From the NCBI GenBank assembly GCA_001949185.1, contig BDGG01000022.1, positions 62,001 through 126,000 on the forward strand: 64,000 nucleotides of DNA, given 5' to 3'. Position 1 is the stretch's first letter, and each line of letters starts with the position of its first letter. Source of the DNA: Ramazzottius varieornatus. Taxonomy: Eukaryota > Animalia > Tardigrada. Below are positions 26,386 through 38,300 of the stretch, piece after piece. Position numbers and translations under genes: made by a program. The notes under the pieces were generated by a model. It was given only the letters and a program-made list of their open reading frames with translations, was not told where the DNA came from and did not search any database.

Positions 26386-28165
26386 AGAAGCCAGCCGAAC
26401 AAGATCTGCTCGTCACCCGTGTAGAACAGGACTTCGAAAACGGAATTGGCGGTCATTGCGTTGCCGCGATGTTGTCGGCACCATATGAACAACCGCTGTA
26501 TTAAGATTCGACACAGCAAATTTCACTCCGATAACGATGTTATCGAAGACAAAATTCTTCAGAAGTTGTCCGATGGAGAGCGTGCTGCTATCCGCAATTT
26601 TCGTTCCGGATACATTGTCTAATTTGATTAAAACTTGAAATCTCTTCACGGTCGTGGAAGCATTGAGCAACTTATGAAATGTTAGTAGTCTGTTTTTATT
26701 AATATTTTTCTTTATTAATAAAACATAACAGCATGTCCCACACTTTGTATTGTGAGCCGTAGAACCCACCCGGCGGAAGAGGAAACCGAATTAGATGGGT
26801 AGGGGCAAGTATCAGAATGTATCTACTGCAGAAGAAAGCCAACAGTATATTGTGATAAGATATCCGATAAGAGAACTAAAGGCTTTTGTGGGCTCCAAAC
26901 CAACCTGAACAACAAAGACTACTTCTTACAAGCTCATCAAGTCACGGGCAGCGCGATCGACAGAGGATTCTCGTGTTTGTTTGGCTGATGCAGGCTGCGC
27001 CGGTTTCACCGACTTGGACTTCTCATCCTGAGACTTGTTCTTGGTAACACCAGCTTTCTTGGCTCCTTCAGCCTTCTGCGTATCGGCAGTCTTTTCTGGT
27101 CGCTTGGTTGTCGTCTTGGAAGTGCCTGCGAAACATTGCTCTATACTTAACAGTGAAATGCTCGACTGAAACAGACGCAGTGGAGCCTTGGAAGCAGACT
27201 TACTTGTGCAAGGCTCTTCGTCGCTGCTGACTTCTTCGAGGGTATGTAATCGCCGAGGCGCTAGAATCTGGTCGAGCTCTGTCCGCTCAAACAAATCTAA
27301 AAAGTTCTCAAGACCTGTGGGTTATAGGGTCAGGTTTCTCTTTAGCGGCCTGTCATCGCCGTGGCCTTTCCCTTAGCCCTTGGTCACCTCGAATTTCATT
27401 CTCCACATGGCGGCTAAGGAGGCACTCCAGACAGCAAATTCGCCGTGATGATGCTTCTTAGACGCGGTCCATCTGGAACAAAGAAAGTAGGTCAATGAAT
27501 TCGCATGATACTCGCACTACCTGACTACTCTGCGTACTAACGTTTTCAAAATCCACAGTACCAAAGCACTCTTTCTAAGCTTACCTTCTGAAGAACTCCC
27601 ACACGCCTTTGCTGTATAGATCGCAAGTGTTACTTTTTTCAAAGTTCTCGACAATCCTGTAACGATGACAAAACCCACAGCACGAAACGAGTGTGCTGAT
27701 TCTGCAAAACCTACTAATCAACTGCACCGCAGGACTTTGAGTTCTTTTCCGGAAGGTTTTCAGACACGTTGGTCACGCAGTCGCTTTCTTCGTTGTCTTC
27801 ATCATCTTCGTCGCCTTCCTCGTCCTCATCACTTTTATCCTCGTCTTCCTTTCGCTTCGTCTCTGTTAACAAAGCCAGCTCATTTGGTACCACTATAAAT
27901 CGTAAGTAGTTCACAATGTAAGTGCAAGCTTTGCCGAGATAACTGGTTTACGCTACCTTCGGCATCAGCAGCATTTTTCTTTTTCTTCTGCTCATCCGCA
28001 GCACTGAGGTCCATGGATTCAGTAAAAACCGTAATGGCGTCCACAGTCTCGTTCACTACAAAGACATGGCAGAATGTACTTTGGCGGATATACTTGGCTG
28101 TACAGGCCGACGACCTCAATACACTGTACGCCGGCGACCTCACTACACTGTATGCCGACGACCTC
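22425..28165 (+). repeat. Seven intronic arrays of a GCCGGCGAG(G/C)TC motif at about 24-bp period, specific to the MULE
   Basis: Motif starts: 22425/22471/22495; 22755/22860/22908; 23340/23364/23388/23412; 24305/24329/24353/24377/24400; 25428/25452/25476; 26159/26183/26206/26230; 28106/28130/28154. Confidence 0.88.
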
Positions 28166-29086
28166 TCAAAGCGAACCTTCATAGTTTTTATGTCGCGAAT
28201 GGGGAAAAATTTCGGAAAACTGCCCACATTCTACCTGCTTCGAGTTCCTCGTCAGAAGACTTCTCGAGTTCTTCACTCGATATGGTCGGTAGTCCATCTG
28301 CTGGAGCGAGCAAAGGCTCGATTATCTTGGGCGGTGCATCGACTGCATACGATTCTACACTGTTACGATCCTGCTTGCTGCTCGTCGGACTTGCAAATAT
28401 GAAACAAAAGAGGCTTCAGCCGAGCAATGACCGAGCAATGAATTCCCATGAATCGCAAACAAGAACTAGAATTTAGTGAAATATTGCTGTTCGATCCAGC
28501 CTGTAGTGTTCACCGTTTTGTCGAGCCTGTAAAGACGAGCCTGTAAATCACATAAACGCAACCCATTCTTTCAGCTGTGGCGCCTCTTCTGCTACCTCCC
28601 TCTCCTCGGCCTCGCACGGAAGAAACTCCGTCGAACAGTACAGGAGTCAGACTTGGAGGCATCCTTGTCTTCTTCTCCGTCGTTTGCAGACTAGTGGCCC
28701 TGTCTTTCTAAGCCGTCTTCTTATTTTTGATTCTACTAAAATCACACAAATTAACCATTATCACTCACAAATCTACCAGGAGAAATTTGCACGGTAATGC
28801 CATTTTCTACGCAGTACTGACCTGGCCTCCATGAAGACATCATTTACGCCAGAGGCCTTCGCGTCATTCTCGCCATTCTGGAGCATCAGCGAGTCGCTGA
28901 ATATCCACTCGTCATACCTAAAGAGGACAAGCACTCAAACATCTTCATTCCGCGAACCTAATGGACACCGGAGCGTGCTTACCGTTTCCCCCAGCCTGGG
29001 TAGTGAATCCTGTAGATGGGCACGGACGTGGCCTGTTCTCCGGGATACTTGTCCGCTTCGATTAGGATAATCTTGGCCTTGTGCCA
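26926..29086 (-). pseudogene. MULE accessory gene: chromo-barrel (Tudor-knot) domain, acidic and Lys-rich middle, C-terminal RESSVDRAARDLMSL; 5'-truncated with internal stops
   Basis: Exons 29086-28983 and 28917-28822 splice to WHKAKIILIEADKYPGEQATSVPIYRIHYPGWGKRYDEWIFSDSL, the MRG15/MSL3/MOF-type YxIHYxGWxxxYDEW signature. Further exons run down to the stop at 26926. Confidence 0.75.
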
Positions 29087-29135
29087 AAAATTGGTGTCCG
29101 AGTCACACCGAATTTGGGGTTCGGGGTCTAGGAAC

Positions 29136-30131
29136 TAGGGTTGTTAATGGATGGATAAACGGTTGAATGGATGGATATGCGGATGGATAAAAACTTATCC
29201 GGATACCATTTGGATGGATAAAAGGTTTATCCGTATCCAGCTTCTTGGATAAAACTTTTATCCGGATTATCCGGATATTATCCGGTTACACCAATTAGAT
29301 ACAAACCATATGTTCAATCACTCGAGCCAAACCGAAACTACCAAACTTTGTAGCGTATCTATTCATGGTCTGTCATCATTGCTACCATGGCTTCAAAAAC
29401 CACCGTTCAAGAGTTCAGACATAAGGCTTGAAGGGCCTCAGGTTCTAGGCGGTTACGAAGGACTGTATCGACCACAACCAGAGAATGCACTCTCAGGAGG
29501 CACAAAAGAAGCCTGTGCAGCTAAAACATCCTTCGCAATGCGGTACAATGTCGGATAGCGGCTTTCCGACATGCTCCAAAATTCCAGGCATCTCTTTTGA
29601 CTGATTCCTTTGGATCCAGGAAGAATTGGTCATCTTCGTTAAGCTGGGAGTCTGCTGCGGAAGTGACTTGCGCCATCGTCCGTTCGCGGATATACAGCTG
29701 CGTATTCGGAGGTAGAGCAGTAGACTTCTCGGCAATGTCGGATCTTCCTCTTTGGCTGTAATGAAAACAACTTACAAACAGCACGAGCTATAGTTCGTAA
29801 GAACGGAAGAGTGTAACGAGAAACAACGTTCAATAAGCCGACTTCCGGTAGGCTTGTAACAGCAGAGAGATTGCGCATCGTTACGATTCTTTCAGAGGTA
29901 CGAAACGTTAGCAAGACGAGTTGGGCTGTTCTGCTTTGATTGTCTGTTTTATTGATTCAGGTAGGTTAATCCGAATAAACCTCGGATGGATAGAGATGTT
30001 ATCCGGATCATATCCGGATGGATAAGAGTTTTATCCGATTAGGAGCTGGATGGATAAGATTCTTATCTAATCCATGTTTTATCCGGATATATCCGGATAA
30101 ATCCGTTGTGGATGGATAATTAACATTCCTG
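29136..30131 (-). mobile_element. Internally deleted hAT of a second family (996 bp) nested in the first hAT
   Basis: TIR YAGGRWTGTTAAT; 8-bp TSD CTAGGAAC at 29128-29135 and 30132-30139; GGATGGATAA/ATCCGGAT subterminal repeats. The minus-strand relic RYPTLYRIAKDVLAAQASFVPPESAFSG...RNRLEPEALQAL is a hAT dimerisation domain. Confidence 0.92.
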
Positions 30132-30387
30132 CTAGGAACACCACATCACACCAAACCGAAAAACTTTTGGTGCACCAGATTTAATGAGCTAGTCAGCTAG
30201 CTTGGGCTAGATGAGTATCGCAAACTCGCTGTTTCGCTCCGTGGTTGATTCGACTAACCGTTGATTGTTTAAGCTGCGAAAATTCAGCTGTGTGGAATGT
30301 TTTCTTCCGAATTCGTCCGTATTACATCACTCTGATTACATCTTGCCATCTTTCGACGGTTCTGTTTGTTCTTTCTGAATAGCTGTC

Positions 30388-32850
30388 ATGTTTGGAAACA
30401 GGCTGACGTTCAACCAGGAGCTGGAACAGATTCGTGCGGAGAGCGAAGAAAGGAATGCCGTACGTCGCGAAATGGACGAAGGTGAACTGGACGATATGCC
30501 GATGGAGATTGCCGCTGCGACTTCGCCGCCACCTTCTCTAGGTTCATGGACTTCGACAGTCAAGGGTAAGAGAGCCGCGAAAGAAGTGAAACGCCGAGCG
30601 CCTATCTACACGTATTGGAATCTGGACGAGAAAGCGAAGAAGTTCAGATGTGGGTTTGGCAAGTGCAAGCAGACTTACGCCGAAACCAACTCCAGCTCGA
30701 TGCTGACTGCCCATACCAAGTCTTCTCACCGAACTGAATGGAAGAAAGCCGAAGGCAGAACCACGAATTCTGCCAGCTCAAAATCAGCAGCAGTACCCGA
30801 AGCGTTCCAACCCGTAGATCCAAAGCTGAGCCGTAAAGAGCAACAAGCGATTGACGATCGCCTCAAACGACTCATCACAGGTGGAAATCTACCCTTCGCC
30901 CTTGTGGACTATCCTGAAGTCAGAGAATTTGCCCAAGCTCTGAATCCTCTTTATGAAGTACCGAGCAGGTTCACTCTCAAAGCTTGGCTGTGCGCCGACT
31001 TCGAAAAGTATAGGCAGAAGGTAAGGCTAATCTTGCAAGATTACTATCATATTTCTCGAATTCAGAATTCTGATTGTAGGTGAAAGCTGAGCTAGCTAAC
31101 GTACCTGGACGAATCTCATTGACGTTAGATCCGTGGATTTCTGTGGCTCACGAAGGATATCTGGGGCTTATGGCACACTGGGTGACTTCAGAGTTCGAGT
31201 TACAGAAGTTACTGCTCGGGTTTGTCAGCCTACCAGCCGAGCACACTGGGGAAGCCCTGAAAGAAAAAGTCATGTCAATCCTGAGAGACTACGGTATCGC
31301 GCACAAGACGTTCGCCTGGACTATGGATGGGGCCGCGAACATGAAAGCTTTCTTCAACGACATGAAACCGGAACTTCAACTTGAGAGACAGAGCCAGAAC
31401 GTGACTACTGAAGGTTTGTATTCACAAATCCATTCTTGGAAGTCCATTTCTGAATTCGGAGATTAAAACAGCTTAATTTTTGTGAACGATTATCGCTTAT
31501 GCATCTGCTTTGCAGTGTCGGAATTCCGGAGACGGTGCGTCTGTCAAGTGATGAACAACGTGGCGGAAGTTGGCATTGAGGATGACTTAAAGCTGGTTAG
31601 TTGGGTACGTGAGATGGTCAAGTTCATACGAAAGCCGAAAGCAAAGAAACAGTACATCGCGTTGCGAGAGTCGGAAAAAGACAGAGACAAGGATAGACAT
31701 CCCAGGTTACCCTTGGATGTCTCCACAAGATGGAGTAGCACTTTGCCAATGCTACGGGGTGCTTTTGAGGCGAGGCACCACCTGGAAAAGTTTCGCGGCT
31801 ACGTACGGTACCACCACGTTCAAGAAGAACCTACTGAAAGATTCTGAATGGGATGACGTGAGCCGCTTGATACGTTTTCTGAGTCCATTGGAAGAAGCCA
31901 TAAACGACTGTTCGGCCTCGAAGTCTCCCACTTTCCATCTCGGCAAGCAGTGCCTGGCTATCCTTCAAGACCACTTCAAGGTAAAATTAGTTAACTGATA
32001 GAAGAGCTACTTCCGGTTCGCAATGAAAGTTTCTTGGTATTTGTATACCGTGGTTTGAATATCTCACTATTCGCGTTTAGGTTTCATTCTGCTCTAACAG
32101 AATTCCGAAATCGAAATGTGAATCACACTATTATTAGTCACCAAAATACTGACGTACGAACCGATCCTCCATCAGATGCTCTTCTACCAGATTAAGTAAT
32201 TTTCTCTTAAGGCCGTGCAAGACGATCCGAGCAAGGTAAGAATAATTTCTGCATTCGGTTTGGTGGCGTTTTCTATCACGGAATTTCGTTATAGAAACCC
32301 TACATCAAGAAGACAGCAGAGAACATGAAAGCCAAGCTGACTTCGGTCGAACTGGATTGCTGGCAGCAGGAAGTCACAATCGTTGCCCTTCTTCTGGATC
32401 CTTGTGTCAAAACAAATATCTTCGCAAGCCCCCTGGAAAGAAATTACAAGCCACGGAGGTGCTGAAGAAATACGTCGGTCTTTACTCGGATAAAAATGTC
32501 GGAATTCGGAAAATGTCACCGTTAGTCAATCACAGCCTACATCTCTTCGCGACTCTTTCCTGAGAAAGATCACTAAAGGGTCGACTGCTCAACAGAATGA
32601 AGTCGATAGTTATCTTGGAAGCTCAGCGGAACCAAAGTGCGACGTCCTGGAATGGTGGAAATCCCGACCTAATGTTTTCCCTGTCTTGTCAAAAATGGTG
32701 ATTGACTTTATGGCTGTTTGCGCTTCGTCGGTCCCCTCTGAGCGATGGTTTTTCGACCGTGCAGGTTTCGATGTGTCTGAAATCTTGGTATTTTTTTGAG
32801 TTTCCTACAGCGCAGTTCGATTTGTCGATGACGGATGAATAAATTGTGAA
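30388..32850 (+). pseudogene. hAT transposase (BED zinc finger, DDE, C-terminal dimerisation domain), frameshifted
   Basis: IYTYW...CGFGKC...LTAHTKSSH; NLPFALVD; ISLTLDPW; TMDGAANM; LDVSTRWSST; LLLDP; EVDSYL...DVLEWWK...FPVLSKM...ASSVPSER. The CxxH motif reads CVCQ and there are frameshifts (e.g. near 31815). Confidence 0.93.
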
Positions 32851-33885
32851 TTCGCTCTTTGAAACTTTTTTCGGTTTTTCGATTTGGTTTGGTGTGGTGC
32901 ACCGAAAGAGTGGTGTCCGATCCACACCACACCGGAAAAAGTGGTGTGGCTTTCGCACCGAAAAACCAGTTTCGGTGTGGAGAAGCGCCGAACCGAAAAA
33001 CACACCACACTTAATCACACTTTTCTCAGGTCTACGCGCCAGATACCAGCTTTGCCGTGGAGCTCCGCCTATAATCATGGAACAGGATGAGAGTATAAAC
33101 ATCAAAAGTGAGTCACTTGATGAATTCAACATTTTTTCGAAGCGGTAGCCGGGCAGCCAGCCCCGAATGCAGGTTTGCGGGCCTTTGGAACAGCATTCGG
33201 GGCAATTTCGTGAATTGGACAGATAACGACATAAGCGCAGCGCCTCCTGTTGGGCATGTTACAGCGAAAGAACTCGCTCATTCTTCCTCTTCTGCAGTTC
33301 TGCCCACCGAAAGTAATCTTTCGGAGATTCCCTCCCCTTCAGACGAATAGTAATAATCAAACGTCGTACGTCGTTCCGCTAACACTATCATATCACGAAG
33401 TTATACTGCCCATCCGTTACTAGCTTCTCTATAACAGATAAACTGGCCATCGTCCAGGCTTATCGTGCTGCCGACTTATTTACGCCGTCCTGTGTCTATG
33501 AAGTTTTCTTACCGCTTTACGTTAAACGGCATAACACCTCCCGTCCACTCTTTGCTAACCACTCTTGATACGAAGTCATCTTTCCAGTTTCAAGCGGCGT
33601 TCTTTCCAATATAAATATAGGCGTCCTTAATATAAAACCGATCACAGTTTACATTTCGCCGTTGCTCGAGTTCGGCATATCGGTACCTTATCTCTCATTG
33701 GACAATTGGAGTGGACGATCGTTTACTTGTTGCTGGAGTCAATTCCGTATATTGTTTATAGAAATAACGGCGACTATCGTGATTGCTTGTCTAGACAGGC
33801 TTTCCTCCCGTGGTGCTAATTAGCAGCCGGATTTGTCCAGTGGAAAATTGAAGCCGTACAGCCTACCTTTCACCACAAGGAAGCG

Positions 33886-35390
33886 ATGAAGATGTCAAGT
33901 CCTGATGATGTGTTGCTGATGGCCGTGTGGATGATCATTGCTGGGTGGACACATTGTACACAAGGCGGACATTCCTCGCCTCACCTGCAGGAAATACTCG
34001 ATAGCGACGATCTACCGGAAGTAGGAAACTGCCTGACGGCCAAAAATGCTTGTTTGGCCCGCCGAAGCTGCCGGGATGCCCTAGTCCTAACTATGACACA
34101 ATGTCAGGGCGTCGTCACTAACCCGCCAGAAGATACCGGTAAGATGCCCTACGAACCACCTATGATATTTCTGGAAAACTTCTGTCGCTTATATTGTGGC
34201 TAAATTTGGGTTTGGCATATATTACTCGATGGTGACAAAGTGACAATGAAAGAGTTCCTTGTGATGGGAAATACATCACAAAATATAATCTTGGAGCGTG
34301 GTAATCGTGTTGGGGGAAATCATTGAAGCAGAGAGCTGATGAGCAAATTGCATAATTACAAAGATGCCGTGTTTGTAGGTCCGGTTGGAGACGTTGTTCA
34401 GTCCTTCGATCTTTCATCCTTGCCAAGCGAATCTGACTCATCTTCCTGTCCCAGCGGCTGTCAACAAGCCTTAGCTTCCCTTCTTAGCAGCGAAGCCGGT
34501 CAAGAGCTGGCCCAGTGCCGCTGTGGACCGACGCAGACACTGTGCCACGACATCCGTCGACGGCTCAACGCCAGCTGCCACCAACCTCTCCACTTCCTCC
34601 TCAAGCCTTCTTCACCTGACCACCCGCCCTCCTCTCCACCGTTGTCTTGCCGCATGGCCGAAGCCGTGTGTAACGGAGATACGGCCTGCTCCTTGGCTCT
34701 CGAATACCACCACGTCTTCTGCCGCAAAATGTTCCAAGGACAATTTTGCTCCAGTAGATGCCGCAACAGTTTGGAAGTAAGAAGGCAGAGTTCCATCCAA
34801 ATTCCAGACTGAATGTGCTGTATTTCATAACATGATTAATTTTCCTACTTTATCAGGTCTTACTGAACCAGACATACGGGCAAGCTCTTCGCCACTGCCA
34901 CTGCCTCATTACTCCAGCCGACGCTGCCTATCATTGTCGACAACGTTACCAGAGTCATCGCGAGTTATGCACGGCTGGCTACACCCTTCAACATCCAGCC
35001 AAAGGTTACCAGTATGACTCTGAGGACTCGCTGACCAAGAACCACCATTACCCAAAAGGAGAAACCAAAGGTGACCATCAAGCTCAAGAGGAGATTATGC
35101 GGCTAGTCCGTCTAGAGGATACAGCTGGTCTGCAGCATAGAGAGCCGCTGGAGGAGGATCATGCCTTGATGAGCAGTGGGATGGATGAAGACGACGCGGA
35201 GAATATCCGCCCACTGGACAATGCACCCCAACGTTCCCATCTTCCCCACAATAGCTGGCCTTGGCTAACCTTACCTCGGCCGTCAGCAGGGCATTCTGCG
35301 GCCTCTCGCTTCCAACCTGTCATTACCCACGCTTGGCCGCTCTTCTTAACGCTCGGCTATTTGCACCTGTGCCTCCGAAGGCAGTTCTGA
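33886..35390 (+). CDS. GAS1: Growth arrest-specific 1-like protein (two GDNF-receptor/GAS1 Cys domains, signal peptide, GPI-type tail; 3 exons)
   Basis: CLTAKNAC...C; CPSGCQQALASL...LAQCRC; CRMAEAVCNGDTACSLALEYHHVFCRKMFQGQFCSSRC; hydrophobic C-terminus. Confidence 0.85.
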
Positions 35391-38300
35391 AAATGAGATG
35401 GATGCATTTCCCCCTTTCATTTTCTTTTCACCTCATAAATGCGGTGGTGGTGTTGGCATGGATGAAAATAAGCTAGAGAGATGTGACACGCACTGGCACC
35501 TGTGCTCGTGTGCGATGTGCCTCCATAACCGATCTACATCCTTGTATCTGGTTGTGAAAGATTTCTATATGTCGGAGTGCCTGTATAAACTGTTGCTGAG
35601 ATATTTCTCTTGTTAACTTTACTATTTTGGTTTCCAGCACGGTTGAGTGCAGTATCGAAAATAAAGTTTGTGAGAACATAACTGGGTAAATACAGTTCTT
35701 TTATTTCCGCTGACGGGCTCCGTTACAGTGGAGAACCCGATCAGTAAAGGCCTTTCCCCTCGGTTCGCTGTCAAGGGTTTAGCAAGTAGATTTCAAACTT
35801 CAGTACCACGCTGAGGTTTCCTTGTCGCCATTAATTTTGTCGTCTGACTATTTTTCTGTGTTAACAGCTGGATTCTCTTGATCGGGTCGCGAACGGTAGC
35901 AGACACTTTGTCTGGTTGTTCCTCGACGTTAAACCCAATAAACCCAATTCAACTACCTCTATGTCACAACATATACTTCCTGGTGTCAAGTCCGCACTTG
36001 TCCGCACTTTTCGACTGCTTGTCAACTCTTGACTTGCCAAATCAAACTGAAAATTTCGGAATTCGAATGCTCCTATGCATTCTTCACCTCGGCAAGCTAG
36101 GATGAAAAGGCTTCGCGGAAACATTAAGCCGGATGGCGCCACTGCGGTTCAACTTCCGAACAACACTGTACTAATGCAATAATTGCGGGAAGAAGAGCCG
36201 TGTATGGTGAGGAGACATTTGTCGATAAGACTTTGCAGAGGCGACTGGGATGAGCGAACCAAGGGCGGCAATTAGGCTTCTGTGGTTATAGTGTGTATGA
36301 TGAGACAGGTAATTGTCATTGCCGTCTGCAGATTAGCTTGTCATAGCTTCCGTATGGAAGAGATGGCTCAAAGGCAAGACAAGAGAAATGAGACGATGGC
36401 AATCGTCGATCGACGATGGGTCGGCGTGGTCAACGAGGGTGGTCCCGCTCGTAACGTTATGATATCGTCCAGTTCAGTCTTGAATGTCCTTCGCCAAGTT
36501 AACCCATTGGCAGCACAACATGCCCCTACCCAGCAGCTTGTTTGTACCCACGTTGACATACTGCACATGACGTCCTTCACGCCCGACTTGGGTGGTCGCT
36601 TTTACGCTTATCGCAATTCGATCGCGAAGAAGCCCTATTACAAGTATTTTTCTTCTTATTCGCTATTTGCAAAAATCAACTAGAAATATCAACATTTCAA
36701 TATTACCGAAATCGGCGCACACGAGATTCTTTGAGGTTCTCCATCAGGATCACATCAAACCGCTGTAACTTTCCCATCCACCGCGCGCACTGACATTCGG
36801 TTTCTGCGCTGGCATAGACTATCCGATAACTATCCGGGAAGGTCACCCAGCTACAAGCAGGATTCAAGACAGGAAGGATATTGGATGACAGTCTGGTAAT
36901 AGCAGTAATAGCTGTCTTGTATTTCTACCCTGATTGTTATTTGGCGAACCCAGAAGCATTGGTCTTGCTGACTTTCAACACTCCTCTTGATCTTGCCATC
37001 TTTGTCCGCGAGTAGGCGCAGCCGAATTAGGAAAGGGCCTCTACGTACTGCATACAGATGTTCAGCCTAGTACCTAAACGATATTATAGCCTTGTGTATC
37101 CGGCGGCCATAATTTTTCTCTTCTTGGTTATCGTCGTGAACCTCGTTTACGAGTATGGAGTTGAGGAGCAGTAGCTGATAAAGGGCATTATTGATGTTGA
37201 CAGGTTGGAAGCTGGTTGGCGCTGTGGGGATGGACTGATCTGACTGGTCACCTGATGATGTATGCATCCTCTCATGAATATAAATCCATCTCCGGACGAC
37301 ATCATCTTGTCCCGGCCATCAGGACATTGTTCCGCCATAGCTGGGAGTCAGTATGGCAGGCTGTCTGCGCCTGCATGCTTCATTGACTGCACTGTCCAGT
37401 CTGTCCTGACACTACCATTGTCACAGACAGCCAATTATCCCTTTATGTCCTCATCTCTGCAAATATCCTCAACAAGCAACTTCCTAACGCCGCTCCCATT
37501 AATTAGCTCCAAACTATAAGCAGGCAAATACAGTAGCTTAATGAGCAAACACGAGCGCCATGCTCTATATACTTCTATGTAGAGTATACTATATACCGCT
37601 GTATTTATGCCGCTATCAGGATGATTTGTCAGAATGATCGCTATCAAACTACTGTAACCTCCGATGTGAAAATTCATGTTTTCCCGAATCAAACTGCTGT
37701 AATGTGCTAGGTTGAAGCACTTCTAGCCTTGGGAAATTTCGAAGAAATAAGCAATTTAGTTAACATTCCCTGAGGAAGAAGCTGTCATTCGAAATTGCCT
37801 CATGCATGGGAGAACGACAGACAATTTCATAAATCTCCTAGAAAATTCCCGAATATTGAAATAGAGATAATTATGATATCTCAATATGGAGCCCGAAGGG
37901 AAGAAGATTTCATGTACCGGTAGATTGTACTAAGCTTGAAGGTCAAGCTGAACGTTTAACCGCCAGAGAAGCTTGAATTGCACTTTCAATATGATCGCCG
38001 TAGGCATTCAAATCGCCCAAACGGAATGGATTGTGTTGTGCAGGCTCTAAGAGGTAGCATTTAACTTTGGAAGAAATAGAAGCGGCGGGTGGTCTTCTAA
38101 AGGCTGATGTGTGCGAGTGTGATATGGCTGGTGAGGAAGGCGGGAAGCAGCTGGACAATGCGAGCAGGCACAACTCTCGTCGATGACACCGCCCAAAACT
38201 ATTCCATCGCGGAGGTTCGGAATATTTTGAATTATGAACAATGTGGTATGTGGACGCGATGTGGTTAACACATGTGAGCTGGACATTTCTTGGCTGCTCC

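Larger units (their letters stand above)
21930..29086. mobile_element. Mutator-like (MULE) element with two convergent genes; right end lost at a hAT junction; boundaries approximate
   Basis: MULE transposase on + and accessory gene on -, both degenerate and both carrying the same intronic 24-bp-period motif. AATAAA-type signals on both strands near 26695-26721. No TIR/TSD pair identified. Confidence 0.7.
29086..33021 (+). mobile_element. hAT DNA transposon (degenerate autonomous copy, left terminus apparently deleted)
   Basis: CACACC/GGTGTG/ACCGAAAA subterminal motifs at 29091-29127, 30140-30178 and 32868-33020 bracket the transposase. No left TIR or TSD recovered. Confidence 0.8.

Noticed and set aside
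32689-33148. Multiple overlapping ORFs at the hAT right end
   Set aside because: Artefacts of the CACACC/GGTGTG subterminal repeats.
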